From contig CALSCP010002736.1 in assembly GCA_943704425.1 (NCBI GenBank), positions 11,185 to 75,184 on the forward strand: 64,000 nucleotides of DNA, read 5' to 3'. Shown here piece by piece: positions 1 through 12,383 of this stretch; the stretch's first letter is position 1; each line of letters starts with the position of its first letter. The position numbers and the translations under genes were made by a program. The notes beneath the pieces were generated by a model. It was not told the origin of the DNA and did not search any database. It worked only from the letters and a program-made list of their open reading frames with translations. The stretch comes from Ministeria vibrans ATCC 50519. Lineage: Eukaryota > Protista > Filasterea.

Positions 1-1051
1 ATGTCGGAGGAGGTCACGTGGAACAAAGTGGATTCAGAGAAACTTTTGAAAACGGAACTTTTCAGTTCGATGAATTGGTTCGAGAGAATCAGCGCAGTGA
101 TGGAGTTGTTGTGCGACAAAAACGCCACGTTGAGCGTCAGAATCTATAAAGAAGATGTTAAAAAAAAAGGTACGTTCCACTCGATCGATTAATTGATCTG
201 AGTACTACCTGTGAGAACTTTGTGACTGCGTGGAAGAGAACGTACGTGGTGGCCAGGAGGAAGTAGAGGAAGAGGTAGAAGGGGTCACGACGACGACGGG
301 TTTGGACACTGCAGGCGAGCCAGTAGAGGGTGTCCATGATGTCCTGGCCCACCGACGAGAAGAGGCGGTCGACCACCTCAAGCATGTTGTAGATAACGTA
401 GAGCTTGATGGAGGACTGGCCGCGAATGGCGTGGTAAAGGCGTGAGAGGTCGAGACGTGAGAGGACAAGAGTGACAGCGACGATCATGAGCAAGCGCATA
501 ACGTCGCACAGTGCTGCGCCTCTGTCGCGCTTCTCCTGGTCTGTGTTGTTTCGGTTGGCGTTGAAGAGGCGCCGGACGAACGTGAAGAGGTGGCGGGGCA
601 GAGAGAAGAGAATGCGGAGGGGCAGCACAGTGATCATGAAGAGAAAGGAGTCGAGGCAGAGAATGAGGCCGAACCAGAGGAGCTGCTCGAGCACGGGCGG
701 CACCTGGAACACCGTGACAACACGGCGGTGCTTCTCGCTTGAGATGGGGTCGTTTTCGTCGGCGAGTGGAGCGGTGAGAACGAACTCGCGCGAGAGAAAC
801 CCAAAGAGCGACGGTGCGCGCAATTGTGAGGGAAGAGAGGAGGTGCGCCGCGCCGGGGGGGTCGACGGAGGAGTGGCGTCAGCACAGGCGGCGTCCTCCT
901 CGGCGTCCGCATCGCTAGCAGTGTCAAATGAAGAGCGAGCGTCGACCGAACGCGAATGTGAGTTGCCACGCAAGTTGGAGCGCCGGCTGGGACTCGTCGG
1001 AGCGTCGCTGGAGGACTCCTCAGTTGGCAGTGATCTCTTCCCCGAGGACAT
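1..1051 (-). CDS. TAPT1: TAPT1/EMP65 (DUF747) family membrane protein, 5' part; continues beyond the window start
   Basis: ATG at 1051. Motifs LEQLLWFGLILCLDSFLFMITVLPLR and DLSRLYHAIRGQSSIKLYVIYNMLEVVDRLFSSVGQD. After a short GT-AG intron (~144-208) the next exon reads ILTLNVAFLSHNNSITALILSNQFIELKSSVFK. Confidence 0.9.
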
Positions 1052-1166
1052 GCGATGGCTGTGAAGAAGCGTGAAGTCACTCAAGTCAGGTCAGACTGTC
1101 AGAGAAATCTGAAAAAATCTGTCTTTTGACTAAAACATTAAATTTTATATATATTTCATTTCTGTG

Positions 1167-2026
1167 ATGAGCAGCGAGCCAACACCATCGCCGTGGGGTG
1201 CGCGCGTCCCCGATCTGGAGGAGGTGGACCCGTCCGACCGCTGTGGGGTTCTTGAGGCGCGCGAACAGGCGTTCAGAGACCGTGCCGTGTACCAGATGAG
1301 ACTGAGTATGTGCACATGTGCATGTGTGGTGTGTGCGCGAGAGCGTCGTAGTGTGCGGGCGCTTGTGAGGCGAAGAGAGAGTGAGAGAGAGAGAAAATAG
1401 TTTTCTCTCTCTGCTTTGCGCTCCTTCTCGCTCTCTGTTGCACCTCTACATCCAGGTTGGAGGGTGGAGGGGGCACGGGCGCCTGCATTGGGCAGCGACG
1501 CGGGTCGCTTATGTTTCTGGACGAATGAGCAAACGACCTTTTTAGTTCTTTTTTTTTGGTTTTGGTTTTGCCGTTTATGTCTCCTTTGGGGACTCTTTTC
1601 TGCTGCTCTACGGTGCATTCTGCCTCCTATGCAGTGTTTCTGCTGATGGGAGGTGGGCGCAAGTCAGTTTGGTGCGCTGTTGGAGTTTGTTTTTGAGTTT
1701 TTGAGTTTTGATTAATCGTTTGAGTGTTGCAGAATAAGAACCTGATGGCAATAATTTTTATGATTGATAAAATTAATAATAATTTGTAACAATTTATGTC
1801 ATTGGCGCTGATGTTTGTTTTGCTTCCTTCTCTTTTCTTCTTAGTGGTGTTGCGTGACGAGATGCAAACGTGCTACATGCACCATCCAATGGACCACAAG
1901 AAGCACTGCCGAGAGATCGCCGAGGACTACATGGAGTCGTTCCGCAACCCACCGCCTACTTACCACGCCATTGCGAAGCGTAGAGGGCTTCCCAATGGCG
2001 CAGGGCCGGTTAAGGGGGACGAGTGA
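1167..2026 (+). CDS. NDUFB10: NADH:ubiquinone oxidoreductase subunit NDUFB10-like (2 exons: 1167-1305, 1845-2026)
   Basis: A phase-1 GT-AG intron joins ...EVDPSDRCGVLEAREQAFRDRAVYQMRL to MVLRDEMQTCYMHHPMDHKKHCREIAEDYMES. The CY-x10-C pattern resembles plant/fungal NDUFB10. Confidence 0.75.
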
Positions 2027-2223
2027 GAGTGAGTCGTGTGTGTCTAGTGAAGCAAATGTGACAATCTTGATTTTTAACGAGTATCTAGTGTGTAAGGGAG
2101 GGGTTATTAGGTGTAATAAGAAAAATAATGGAAAATAATAAAAATAGGGGTGCAGAAGAGTTGAGACTGAGGGTTTGAGAAAGAGAGCCGAGAGCAATGC
2201 GCAGACTGGAGAGCAGAAAGCAC

Positions 2224-2326
2224 TCAATAACCAGATTTTGATGGAATTCGGTTGCTCTCACGTTCCTTCTTCGCGAGTTTGCGCAGCATTGGAGCTTTGT
2301 TCTTGTGTGTCTATACAAAAAGAGGA

Positions 2327-2417
<91 letters not shown>

Positions 2418-5132
2418 AAGATACAAAGTGATAGAGAGAGAGAGGAGAAAGATACAAAGTGATAGAGAGAGAGAGGAGAAAGATACAAAGCGATAGAGAG
2501 AGAGAGAGGAGAAAGATACAAAGTGATAGAGAGAGAGAGGAGAAAGATACAAAGTGATAGAGAGAGAGAGGAGAAAGATACAAAGTGATAGAGAGAGAGA
2601 GAGAGAGGAGAAAGATACAAAGTGATAGAGAGTGAGGGGAGAAAGATACAAAGTGATAGACAGAGAAGAAAGATACAAAGTGATAGAGAGAGGAGAAAGA
2701 TACAAAGTGATAGAGAGAGAAGAAAGAAACAGAAGAGAAACGAATAGAGAACAAAGTGATAGAGAGGGTTAAAGGATGTCAATTAGAGATAGTGGACCTT
2801 ACGAGTTCAATAACACCCGGTCGTTGCATCCATGGCTCGCCATCCACCTGCATAGGCAGTGTGTCTATACATAATAATAAGAATAACAATAAACAAACAT
2901 AGTATCAGAGAGGCAAGTCATTACAAATAATAGTATCTCATTTACCGACTGTTGTGATTCGGATGACAGAACCTTGACAGATTCGATGAGCCCCAGACGA
3001 GATTCCAGTTGTCAGTCGGCCCTATAATAGAAAAAAAAGATTGAGCACACACACACAAACAAAATCAAACCTAGATTGATTACTAGGAGTGCAAGAGAGG
3101 CCTGCTTGACTCACAATCACCGACTCACTCTCTCTTTCACTTACCACATGCACTGAGCTGTAGAGACCAACAACTTCAAGACGGCCATCGCCCATGTCCT
3201 GCTGGCCAAACTTGGTGTCGTTCTTGGACGGAGTGCCCCATAGGTCAGCACCACCGTACATCGACGTGATGTTCACCACTGCGATCCCTTCTAGTTTATG
3301 CCCCTCACTGCAGCAACAAAAACGTGAGTGAATGAGTGAGTGGTCATATATATACATATATATATGTGTGTGTGTGTGTGTGATGATGATGATGATGATG
3401 ATACGTGATGCGCGCGATAGTGTGAATAGTCATACACAACTGATGACTTGAATACGACTTTATGTGGCGGTTCATACCCCAAATCAAGCTTGACTCCATC
3501 GCATTCAAGTGAGACGGACTGATGGACATTCTTGAACTTGTGCTGCAGTGCGTCCTGTGTACCAAACTGTGCGTACCACAATTTATTGCGTGCTCGTGAG
3601 CTAAACTATAACCATAATGCGAGTGTGAGAGAGCTGTTTTGTGCTCTACTTTGCTACCTTTTGTGGATGTTTCTCTCGCATCAAGTGGAACTTGCGTGCA
3701 ATGTGAGCATCAACACCAATGCTAAAGTAGTTGTTGACAATATCCAAAGGTGCATCGTCGCCCTCAGAGTCCTCGCTGCTAACACTCTCCGTAATGTCTA
3801 ATCGCCACCTGTAAAAAACACAAGATGCACACAGAGAATTGAGTTGGCATTGTCTGATAATACCAAAATAAGTTTCTTATTATTATTCTTCTTCTTACCG
3901 ATCAAGATATTTAATTTCCGTGTCGTACAGCTCAAGAAGACGCTTCATTGGCTCACCCGTGTAACCACCACCCCAATTGAGGGCACGTGCAAGGTCATTC
4001 CCAGTGCCGAGAGGCACAATACCAATCGGTGGCCATGACGACGGGTTGAGCTTGTCGAGCACAGAGAGCACCCAACCCACTGTACCGTCGCCACCGCAGC
4101 ATAACACTTGATACCCAGGGACCTTTTGAAACATCTCAAGACTGCGCATGAAGAAAAAAATAAAAAGTGCAAACCAGACTTTTGTGAGTGACTGAATGTG
4201 TATGTTGTAGAGTGTTTTACCCTCTGGCAGGTCCCCCGTCGTTGAGATCAAACAACTGACGTGGGTTGAGAAGAAACTGTAGTTGACGCATAAGCTATGT
4301 AAAGAGAAGGAGGGAGCGAGGATAAGTGTCCGTTCCCAGAGTAAGCGAGAGGGTTTCTGCGTTGTGTTGTACCTTTGCGCCTTGATTTCCGCCTGATTTG
4401 GGGTTGATGAAGACAACCAAGGGAGTCGTTTCGGGAAGGGGGACAATCTACAAGGAGTAAGTACACGTGAATGAGTGTGGGTGAGGAAGAGAAGGAGAAA
4501 ATATGACGACTGTATACGTACGTTGAGTTTGTTGCTGAGAGAGATTGAGGCAGAGGGGTCAAATGGCGAAGGAGAGCTCGGAATGCTCGCAACAGAGTCA
4601 ACTGAAGAGGCATGAACAAGTTTGGGAGAAGATGAAGCAGTGACAGTGGCAATTGAAGCGAGAGCAGTAGTAGTGGTGGTGGTTGTGGTTGATGATGTTG
4701 AGGGTGTTTCAGGATCTGATGCGTGTGCAAGTGCGAGTGAATGTACGTCCAGTTGCAACTGGCTTCCAAACTACATGCGCGCAACATCACAATATTAGCG
4801 TGTGTGAAAATATCTCTGTGTGTGTGAATTTGATAGAAAGAGAGAGAAAGGAAGAGAAACAAAGTGATAGAGAAACAAAGGGATAGACAAAGTGATGGAG
4901 AGAGAGAGGAAAGATAATGTGTGTGTGGTGTTACATCTGATTTGAGGCGGAATGCAGTGGACGGAAGAATGAGATCTCTGAGAGCACCGAGATTGCATCG
5001 TGGAGGAACAGATCCTTGACACTTTGCATGACACTATAAACAAGCGCGAAAATGTTAAGAGGAGACATCAATTAAAAGAAGGTTAGGAGACGCAACGTAT
5101 TCACTCTAAAACTCAAAGAAGTACACACAAAT

Positions 5133-5190
<58 letters not shown>

Positions 5191-6529
5191 GCCCTATCTA
5201 TTCACACGCACATATCCACATCCGTTTTTTTTTACCGATCTCTTGCACCATGCACATCTCCACCCATCCAACGACTTTGTCTTGCCACAGTCCTTGCGAC
5301 ACACCATACATGGCTCCTGCCCAAAGTTGCCCAATACCCAATGGTGTAAGGGTGTCTCATCACCATTTCCTTTCACATTAAAGCTCTGTGAAAGAAAAGA
5401 ATCAGAAGATTTACACAAAAGCCTTTTAGTGCGTGTGAAAATAAAGTTACCTTGACAAACGTTGGACGACAGGGTGATTCCATCCGATAAGCACATTCCT
5501 CGTGACTGCACACTTTGCACACTAGAGTTGTATCAGCACGCACAAACACCACAATTAACACCATTAGTTTTGCTTTGAATATCATTGTGTGCGTGTGGGT
5601 GTCTCTGTCTATCTAAAGTGGCTACCTTGGCAACGCAGTCCTTGTTTCCCCAGATTATTCAGACGTTTCTCGCACACATTGCAATATGCTCCAAACACAA
5701 ACGTTTTTAAATACCACTTGTGTTTCCCTATTGAACAAAAACAACAAAACGTCACGTCAGTTGCGTTGTTCAATGCGTATTTGTGCGGGAGTGCATAGAG
5801 AGAATACTCTATAATGATTTTTTTTTAGTAAAAGGTACCTTCGCGCACAAAGGACGACGCATCAAGTCCCAGTGCGGCGAGGAGAGGCGCTGCTCGTGTT
5901 CCGCCTTCGACCCATTCCTGCAGTGAGATCCTGCCCGATTCGTGCGAGCTCAAGTCCACTAGCATCTTGCGAAGAAGCTGAATCAAAAAGAGACAAACAG
6001 AGTGTTTGTGATGACTATTATTCCAACGTGGTGTGGTTTCGTACGGGAAGCGCTTCGGTGTGGTTGTGCCCAAGACCCGTCACTGTTTTAATCATTTGCT
6101 TGAGAAGGTTCTCCAGTTCGCCATCTTCCAGAAAGCCAGAGTTGTCTTCGTCGTATACCTTGAACATGACTACGCGAAAAACAAAACAGTCAGTGAGACG
6201 AGAAAGGGAAGCGCGTCGGGAGAGTGTGAGTGCCGGTGCATGTCAATGCGTACATTCCAGCTTCTGTTCGGGCGTGCCAGCCTCGAGAATGGATGCGGAC
6301 AGGAGAAACTCCTTGAACGAGATGGTCTGGCTCTTGTCTGCGTCAAACGTCTCAAAGAGCCGCTGCACAAGGCTCTCGTCCGCCTTGATTTGCAGTCGTT
6401 CGAGCAGAAACATTTTGAACTCGTCGTAGTTGAGTTCGCCCGAAGGATGTTCCGAATTGGCATCGCCAACGCCCGTCCGGCGCACTGCCGCGTACTCCTT
6501 GAACACACGACTGAGCTCCACCTTGGACA
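2224..6529 (-). CDS. DGK: Type I diacylglycerol kinase (recoverin-like/EF-hands, two C1 domains, DAGK catalytic and accessory domains), multi-exon; first exon/start codon not found
   Basis: Spliced exons give [55 protein letters not shown]1 motifs ([20 protein letters not shown]; HHWVLGN..CMVCRK..WRCAWCK), [44 protein letters not shown] and VDGEPWMQ. The 3' end at 2224 is tentative. Confidence 0.93.
2330..2765. repeat. (GA)n microsatellite followed by a ~30-bp tandem minisatellite (GA)nGGAGAAAGATACAAAGTGATA in the last DGK intron
   Basis: About a dozen visible copies of GAAAGATACAAAGTGATAGAG. Confidence 0.95.
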
Positions 6530-6752
6530 CTGTGCATCGTGGGGTAAAATCAAAAAAAGAGGGAGAGACAGAGAGAGAGGTGAGAAAAAAAAACAAAGAA
6601 AACAATAGTTTTGATGACGATTGAAGATTGGTTCGAAAAAAAGAGAAAAAATACAATAGCGCGTCGACGGGCTTCAGAGGGGCAGGCACGAGCAGCAGAA
6701 AGCCATGAGGTTGGCGGGGCACGGTGGAAACGGGCGAAGGGAGGCGTGGGAG

Positions 6753-6797
<45 letters not shown>

Positions 6798-6955
6798 CGC
6801 GAACTCGTCACATCAGTGGGGTGTGAAAACGTCCTTGGAGCGCCCACACACGCATGCGATGTGCTAGGTGGTCGCGCGAAAGCCGCATACGGCGCCACGC
6901 CACCGTCGTATGGCGCGAAACAAGCGGAGATGGACATAACGGGAATCCGTTTTTG

Positions 6956-6999
<44 letters not shown>

Positions 7000-7008
7000 G
7001 TATCTTAC

Positions 7009-10000
7009 CTGGATCGGATCCTAAGAGAGTGTTAACGAGCCCAAACAGCTGCATCACTCGCTCGTCCTGACGCAAATCCTCGTGGCCCTTTAGCAAGAAT
7101 TGATAACGCTTTCCGTCGCTACCCATCACCGTCAGCTTGCGCGGTCGCTGTTTGCTCGTAATGACATTGAGAGAGGCAACAAACGACTGGATCTTCACGA
7201 CTGAGCTGCGCGCCGCCTCGACCGTGTACATACCAGGCATGGCCAGCTCCATGTCACGCGCCTCAAGCAGCTTGGGCGACACATACTGTAGCTCGAGCGA
7301 CGTCAGCTGCGGCAGCTGCTTGCTGATGCGTCGGAACACATGGTAGTACAGGTCCCACGCCTGGTTGAGATCCTTGACTGCTCCCGATCGCTGGTACTTG
7401 CGACACCACTCGAGCGCCTCCTGCAGGTCCCGTCCAAACGCCTGGTTGAAACTCACCTCCCGCAGCGTCTCCGGTCCGCGCTCCAGCATTTTGTGAAGCG
7501 GCGCGAGCTTGGCCAGCATCCCTTCGACGTTGTGCTCGCCAAAGTACAGACGTGACGCCTCCTCAAGTCCCTCGTGCCACATCTCGTGCCACAGAATCGC
7601 CACACGAATCAGCTCCTGACTCACCAGCAACGCCTGCTCCACAAGCAAAGCAGAGTGCTGTCGCATGTTGTCCATGATGCTCGCCGCAGCATCGCGTCGA
7701 TCAGGCATCTCGCTCTTGCTCGCCACCGTCACAGGGTACACCAGCGCCTGAGGGTGCTCACGCCCAATGCTCGTCAACAGCGTGTGCACCAGCCCACCCA
7801 CCTTGGCCGAAGGCGTGTGGATGCGCGCAATGAGCTGCGGAATTACCTGAAGCCATGTGTCGATGCTCAGACTCGCAATGCCCTCCACAATGGTCGCGCA
7901 CACCTCCTCCTGGTGACCATACTTGAACCAGAGCGTCAACAAACGCAACGTGTCCTGCAACGACTTGCCCTCTTCGCTCAACGCCACGCTTCGGAAGAAA
8001 CCCCGCAACGACGGGATCACATAGCGCGACACAAGGTCGTCCGCACGCAACGAGTTGGTCTTCTCGTAGTGCGCCACCGCCTCAAAGTAGGCAAGCGAAA
8101 GCGCGTGCCACGCATGGTACCAGTCCTCGTCGTAGGTGGTCGCCTGAAGGAAGGCCGACAGGATCGCGGGAAAGGCTTCGTCGGCCTGCTCGCTTGCCGC
8201 CGACGCACCGCCACGCTGACCCATCACACCATCGTTGCTCATTTGCAACTGCCACTGGCCCAGCTTAAGATAGCAGCGCGCCAACAGACGGTTGCGCTCC
8301 TCGGGCGACATCACCGCTGTGCCACGCGACGCCAACGACGACCCGGGTACCGATCCAGATGCCGACGACAACATGGCGGGAACGGCCATCGCCGACATGG
8401 ACGCCGACGAGGGAACCGATGCCGTAGCCGACGACGCTGCGAGCATGATGAACGCTGGCGAGGAGGAACGGCCACTCGACATAAGATTGCTCAGGTGCGC
8501 TGCGGGGTTCGCGGGCTGTCCAGGGCCCTCGTGGAGCGTGTCCACAAACTCGCGAAGACGCTGCAGTGCCAGCGGTCCCTCGCCCACATGCCACATGTGC
8601 TGCAGATAGGCAAACGTCACTTGTGGATGAGCGTCCTTGGGCACTCGGCCACCGGGTAGCCGCGCCGGATCCGCACCCAACAGGTCCACGAGTGTCTTCT
8701 GGCTCAATTGCGCACGTCCCGAGCGCCGACACAGCGACGCAAACTCAAGCCAGGCTTCGCGATTCTCCTCAATGGTCACGACGAGCGAACGCATCTCGAG
8801 CACTCGTTGCCACACCTCGACGTTGCGCTGGCACCAGCGCAGACGCTCGTCCCATGTCTTACGCATACTCATACGTCGCGCGTCATCGTCCGGACCCGGC
8901 GACAGCTGCTTGTACTGCGCAATCTCTTCAAGCTCGGCAAGCATTTGCACCTGCACGGTCACACGGTAAGCACGCTGGTACGACTCGCCGGTAAGTGCCG
9001 TCATTTCCGCGTCAAGCAAATCGCGTGCCGTATCAATGTGCTGCTGGGCGGCGACAAAGCTGTTCTCGTGAATCGCAAGGACCGCGCGATAAAACTCAAA
9101 ATCGGGCGAGTCGCCGCGCATCACCGACAGATACGTCTCCATCCATTCCCACTGACTGAGACCCCAGGCGGCCGCGGCAGCCATGGGCGCAATTGCACGC
9201 TTATTCTCCTTGGAGGCGGTACGCCAACGCTCCTGTGCCAGCAGCTGCAACTGTTCCCAGCCACCGAGGGCGTGCAAACATCGCATGCGCCCCAGCATTA
9301 TGTCCATGTCAAGTGGATTCGCCGCTTGCTTCTTCTCGTAGCTGCCCAACGCCTCGTCCCACTGCTGCAATTTCTCATAGATGCTATCCTCGATCTTCAC
9401 CTCCATGTCTCGCTTGTTCTCCGCGTACTTGAGCATGCCCGCAGCCGCCTCGGGCTTCTCCAGCTTGTTGTTAATTGTGATGAGTGCCTCGACCGCCTCG
9501 GCCGTCGCCTTCTGGTGAAACTCCAGCTCCTTGTAGTGCAGCGCCTTGGCGTAGGCTTGGCAGCGCGCCGCGTGCTCGCCGAGCGTCTTCGACTCAATGG
9601 GCAGTGCCTTGTCGTCGTGCTCCATAAACTCCGAGAGATTCAACAGTGTCTGCAAAATCTTTGTGGGAATGGTAGTGGAGCGCAGCGCCGAGTCAATGGT
9701 CGTGGCAAGATCTGCTTGCATGCGCTCAAACAGTTCGCTCCAGCACGACACAAAGGCCGCATTGAAGAGCTCCTGTGCCAACGGTTCGTACACGTGCGCC
9801 AGTGCCGAGCACGATCGCAACGACGGACTCGGCGACTCGCGCAGCAACTCGACGGAAAACTGCCGCATCCACTGCACCCAATCTTCCTTGGTCGACTGCT
9901 CCGTCGATTCCCACGTCTTGCGCAAGTTAGCCTGATTCACCGCAAGCTTCTTCAGCGTGCCCGTTACCACACCACCGTCCGAGCCTGCACCACCACCAAT

Positions 10001-12346
10001 CGCGCCACCACCCACACCACCACCGCCACCCACGCCACCCACGCCGCCACCCACGCCGCCGAGACCCCCGAGTCCGCCACCACCCGTGGTCGCACCACCA
10101 GCCGTGCCGTTGGCCATGGCCTCGCCCAGCATATCGCCGCCACCGCCCAACATGGTCGACTGGTTGCCCGCTCCCAGTGTTGGTCCGGTGACACCGACAA
10201 GTCCCAAACCGCCGCCAACCGGACCGCCCATTTGGCTGCTGCCCATCAGCGAAGCGTTGTCGCTGTTGAGCGCACTCTGCAGGAAGATGTCCGTCTCGGG
10301 GGCGTGTCCAGCCGCAATGCGCGACGCAATCGTGTTGAAGAGCGGATGTTGAATGCGGTTGCGAATAAGCAGGGGACGCACAAGCGGCAGAAATACCGCA
10401 AAGTCGTTGCCCATCTGCATGGCAATGGCCGATAGCGCCGACATGGCGACGGGACGCAATTCGGGCGAACTGTTGAGCACGCGCGCAATAGGATGCACTA
10501 CACGACTAGCATAGTCGGTGAGGTCGAGGCGACGGCACATGCGAGCAACGGTGCGCAACGCAGCGTCCTTCACCGACAGTTCGGCGTCGGTCGCCTCGAA
10601 CAGCTTCACGATGGCCGGCAACACCAGGTGAAGGTAGTCGTCGAGGTTGGCACCAAACTTTTCGAGTGCATCCAGCATTTTGATGGTCGCCTGCTGGTCG
10701 TCGCGCTGAACGCGACGTGCAAGCACACGCAGAATGCAGGGTAGCAGTTGTGGCAGGTAGACCTTGAATTCGGAGCCGATGGCAAGCGAGATGCTCTCGA
10801 CAAGTGCAATAATGGTCATCTGAATGACATTCCAGTAGGTGTTGATCAAATCGAAGATGTCCTCGAGATAGGGACGCACATGTTGACGCACAATGGAGAC
10901 AAGTGTACCGAGTTCGCGAAAGAGAAACTCGCGAAAAGACGGCTCGTGACGGTGTCGCATGACTTGCAAAAGCGGTGCCATAATCTTGGGAAGGTAGGGC
11001 ACGCACTTGAGGCCGAGCGACTTGACAATAAACATAAGTGCCTGCACGGCAAGCGTGTGGTGAGCACTCAGGGTGGGGTCGCGCATGATGCGCACGAGAG
11101 CCTCCACCGATACGGTCGGGTAGTAGTCCTCGGACGACGGACTGAGCGTCGTCGATGACGAAGCCGAGTCGTTGGCGTTGGCCTCGTCGAGGGTCGCGTC
11201 CACGTCGCGCACCTTCTGCTGATTGACCTTGTAGTGATAAGGATCGAGAGCACCAAAGATACCAATAAGCTTGAGAACCTCACGACGAATGGAAGGAGTC
11301 GGCTCCGTCTTCAAGAAGTTCAAGAGAATCGGCAAGAGAGACGCGTGGTCGAGGTAAGGGCGCATGACATAGCCAGTCGACACGGCCAGCTGGCCCATGG
11401 TGCGCAGGGCAACTTCACGCTTGGCAACCGACCCCTGATCGCGGAGCTGATCGATGAGGATGGGAAAGAGCTCATCGAGTTCCTTGGACAGCTCGTCGCT
11501 GCCAACCTTGGCGAGCTCGCCGAGAGCCGAGAGCACCGAACAGGCGACAGCGGGATTGCGGTCGCGCATTTTGGAAACGAGCACGCGTAGCACAGGCTCG
11601 ACGTAGGGTTTAACAAGACGCGGTGCGTTTGCAATGAGACGGCAAAGCAGGCGGGCGCTCTCTTCCTTGTTCATGCTGACGCCCGAGAACTCGAGTTCCG
11701 TCAGGAGTTGCACAAGTGTCTTGCGCAATGGAGGCATTACATGGGCCGGATTGAGTGTGGTGAGACGACCAATAACGCTGACGGCAAGTTCGCGAATCTC
11801 AAAGACCTCGTCATTGAGTGCAGTAAAGAGCGAGCGAAGGTTCTCCGCTTGCGCAAGATACACGTCAAAGCAAGGATCGAGGGAGTTGAGCACAGAAAGA
11901 CGAATGGACGGCTCTGGATCGGCAATGCCCACAATGAGTAGACGCTCAAGGACCTCACCGACCACGGCGGAACTGGCGCTCTGTTTGGCACGCGCCGTCA
12001 TGTTGTCCAACGCCGATGTCTCCGCTTGCAGCATATGGTTGATGCCCGGCGGTGAGTTTGGAACGTAAAAACTCGTGTTGTTGCTTGTGGTCGGAGTCGG
12101 ATGAGGCTCGGATGGCAACGGGTTGGTCGAAGCCGACGATGGTGATGCCAGTGAGAGGGTTGAGTCGTCAGTGCCGGAAGGAATACCGACCGAAGCGGAG
12201 GTGGGGAGCGCTGCAAAAGAAGTCGATGGAGCAGCAGCACCACCACCACCACCACCAGCACCACCAGCAGCAGCAGCACCAGCGGAGGCACCAGCGGAGG
12301 CAGAGATGCTCGATGAAGACGACCCTGTAGCATTCGTAGCAGCAAC

Positions 12347-12383
<37 letters not shown>

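Noticed and set aside
2410-2765. CRISPR-like or tetO-like array (GTGATAGAGA)
   Set aside because: There are no unique spacers and no cas genes, the context is a eukaryotic intron, and only half of the tetO palindrome is present.
2085-2782. Leu/Ser-rich or ERER ORFs over minisatellites (also 21554-22286, 48930-49278, 52925-53346)
   Set aside because: Translations of intronic tandem repeats.
6674-6676. Genome-wide TGA reassignment or selenocysteine allowing an ATG-6706 DGK start
   Set aside because: TGA terminates midasin, NDUFB10, EFM7-like and the PHB depolymerase at expected ends, and I cannot identify a SECIS element.
6674-7008. C-terminal ~110 aa of the 2482-aa ORF (poly-Phe, SLSLSL) as a genuine TOR C-terminus
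   Set aside because: It is read-through of an intron starting at GTAAGA (7008); poly-T and (CT)n produce the low-complexity sequence.
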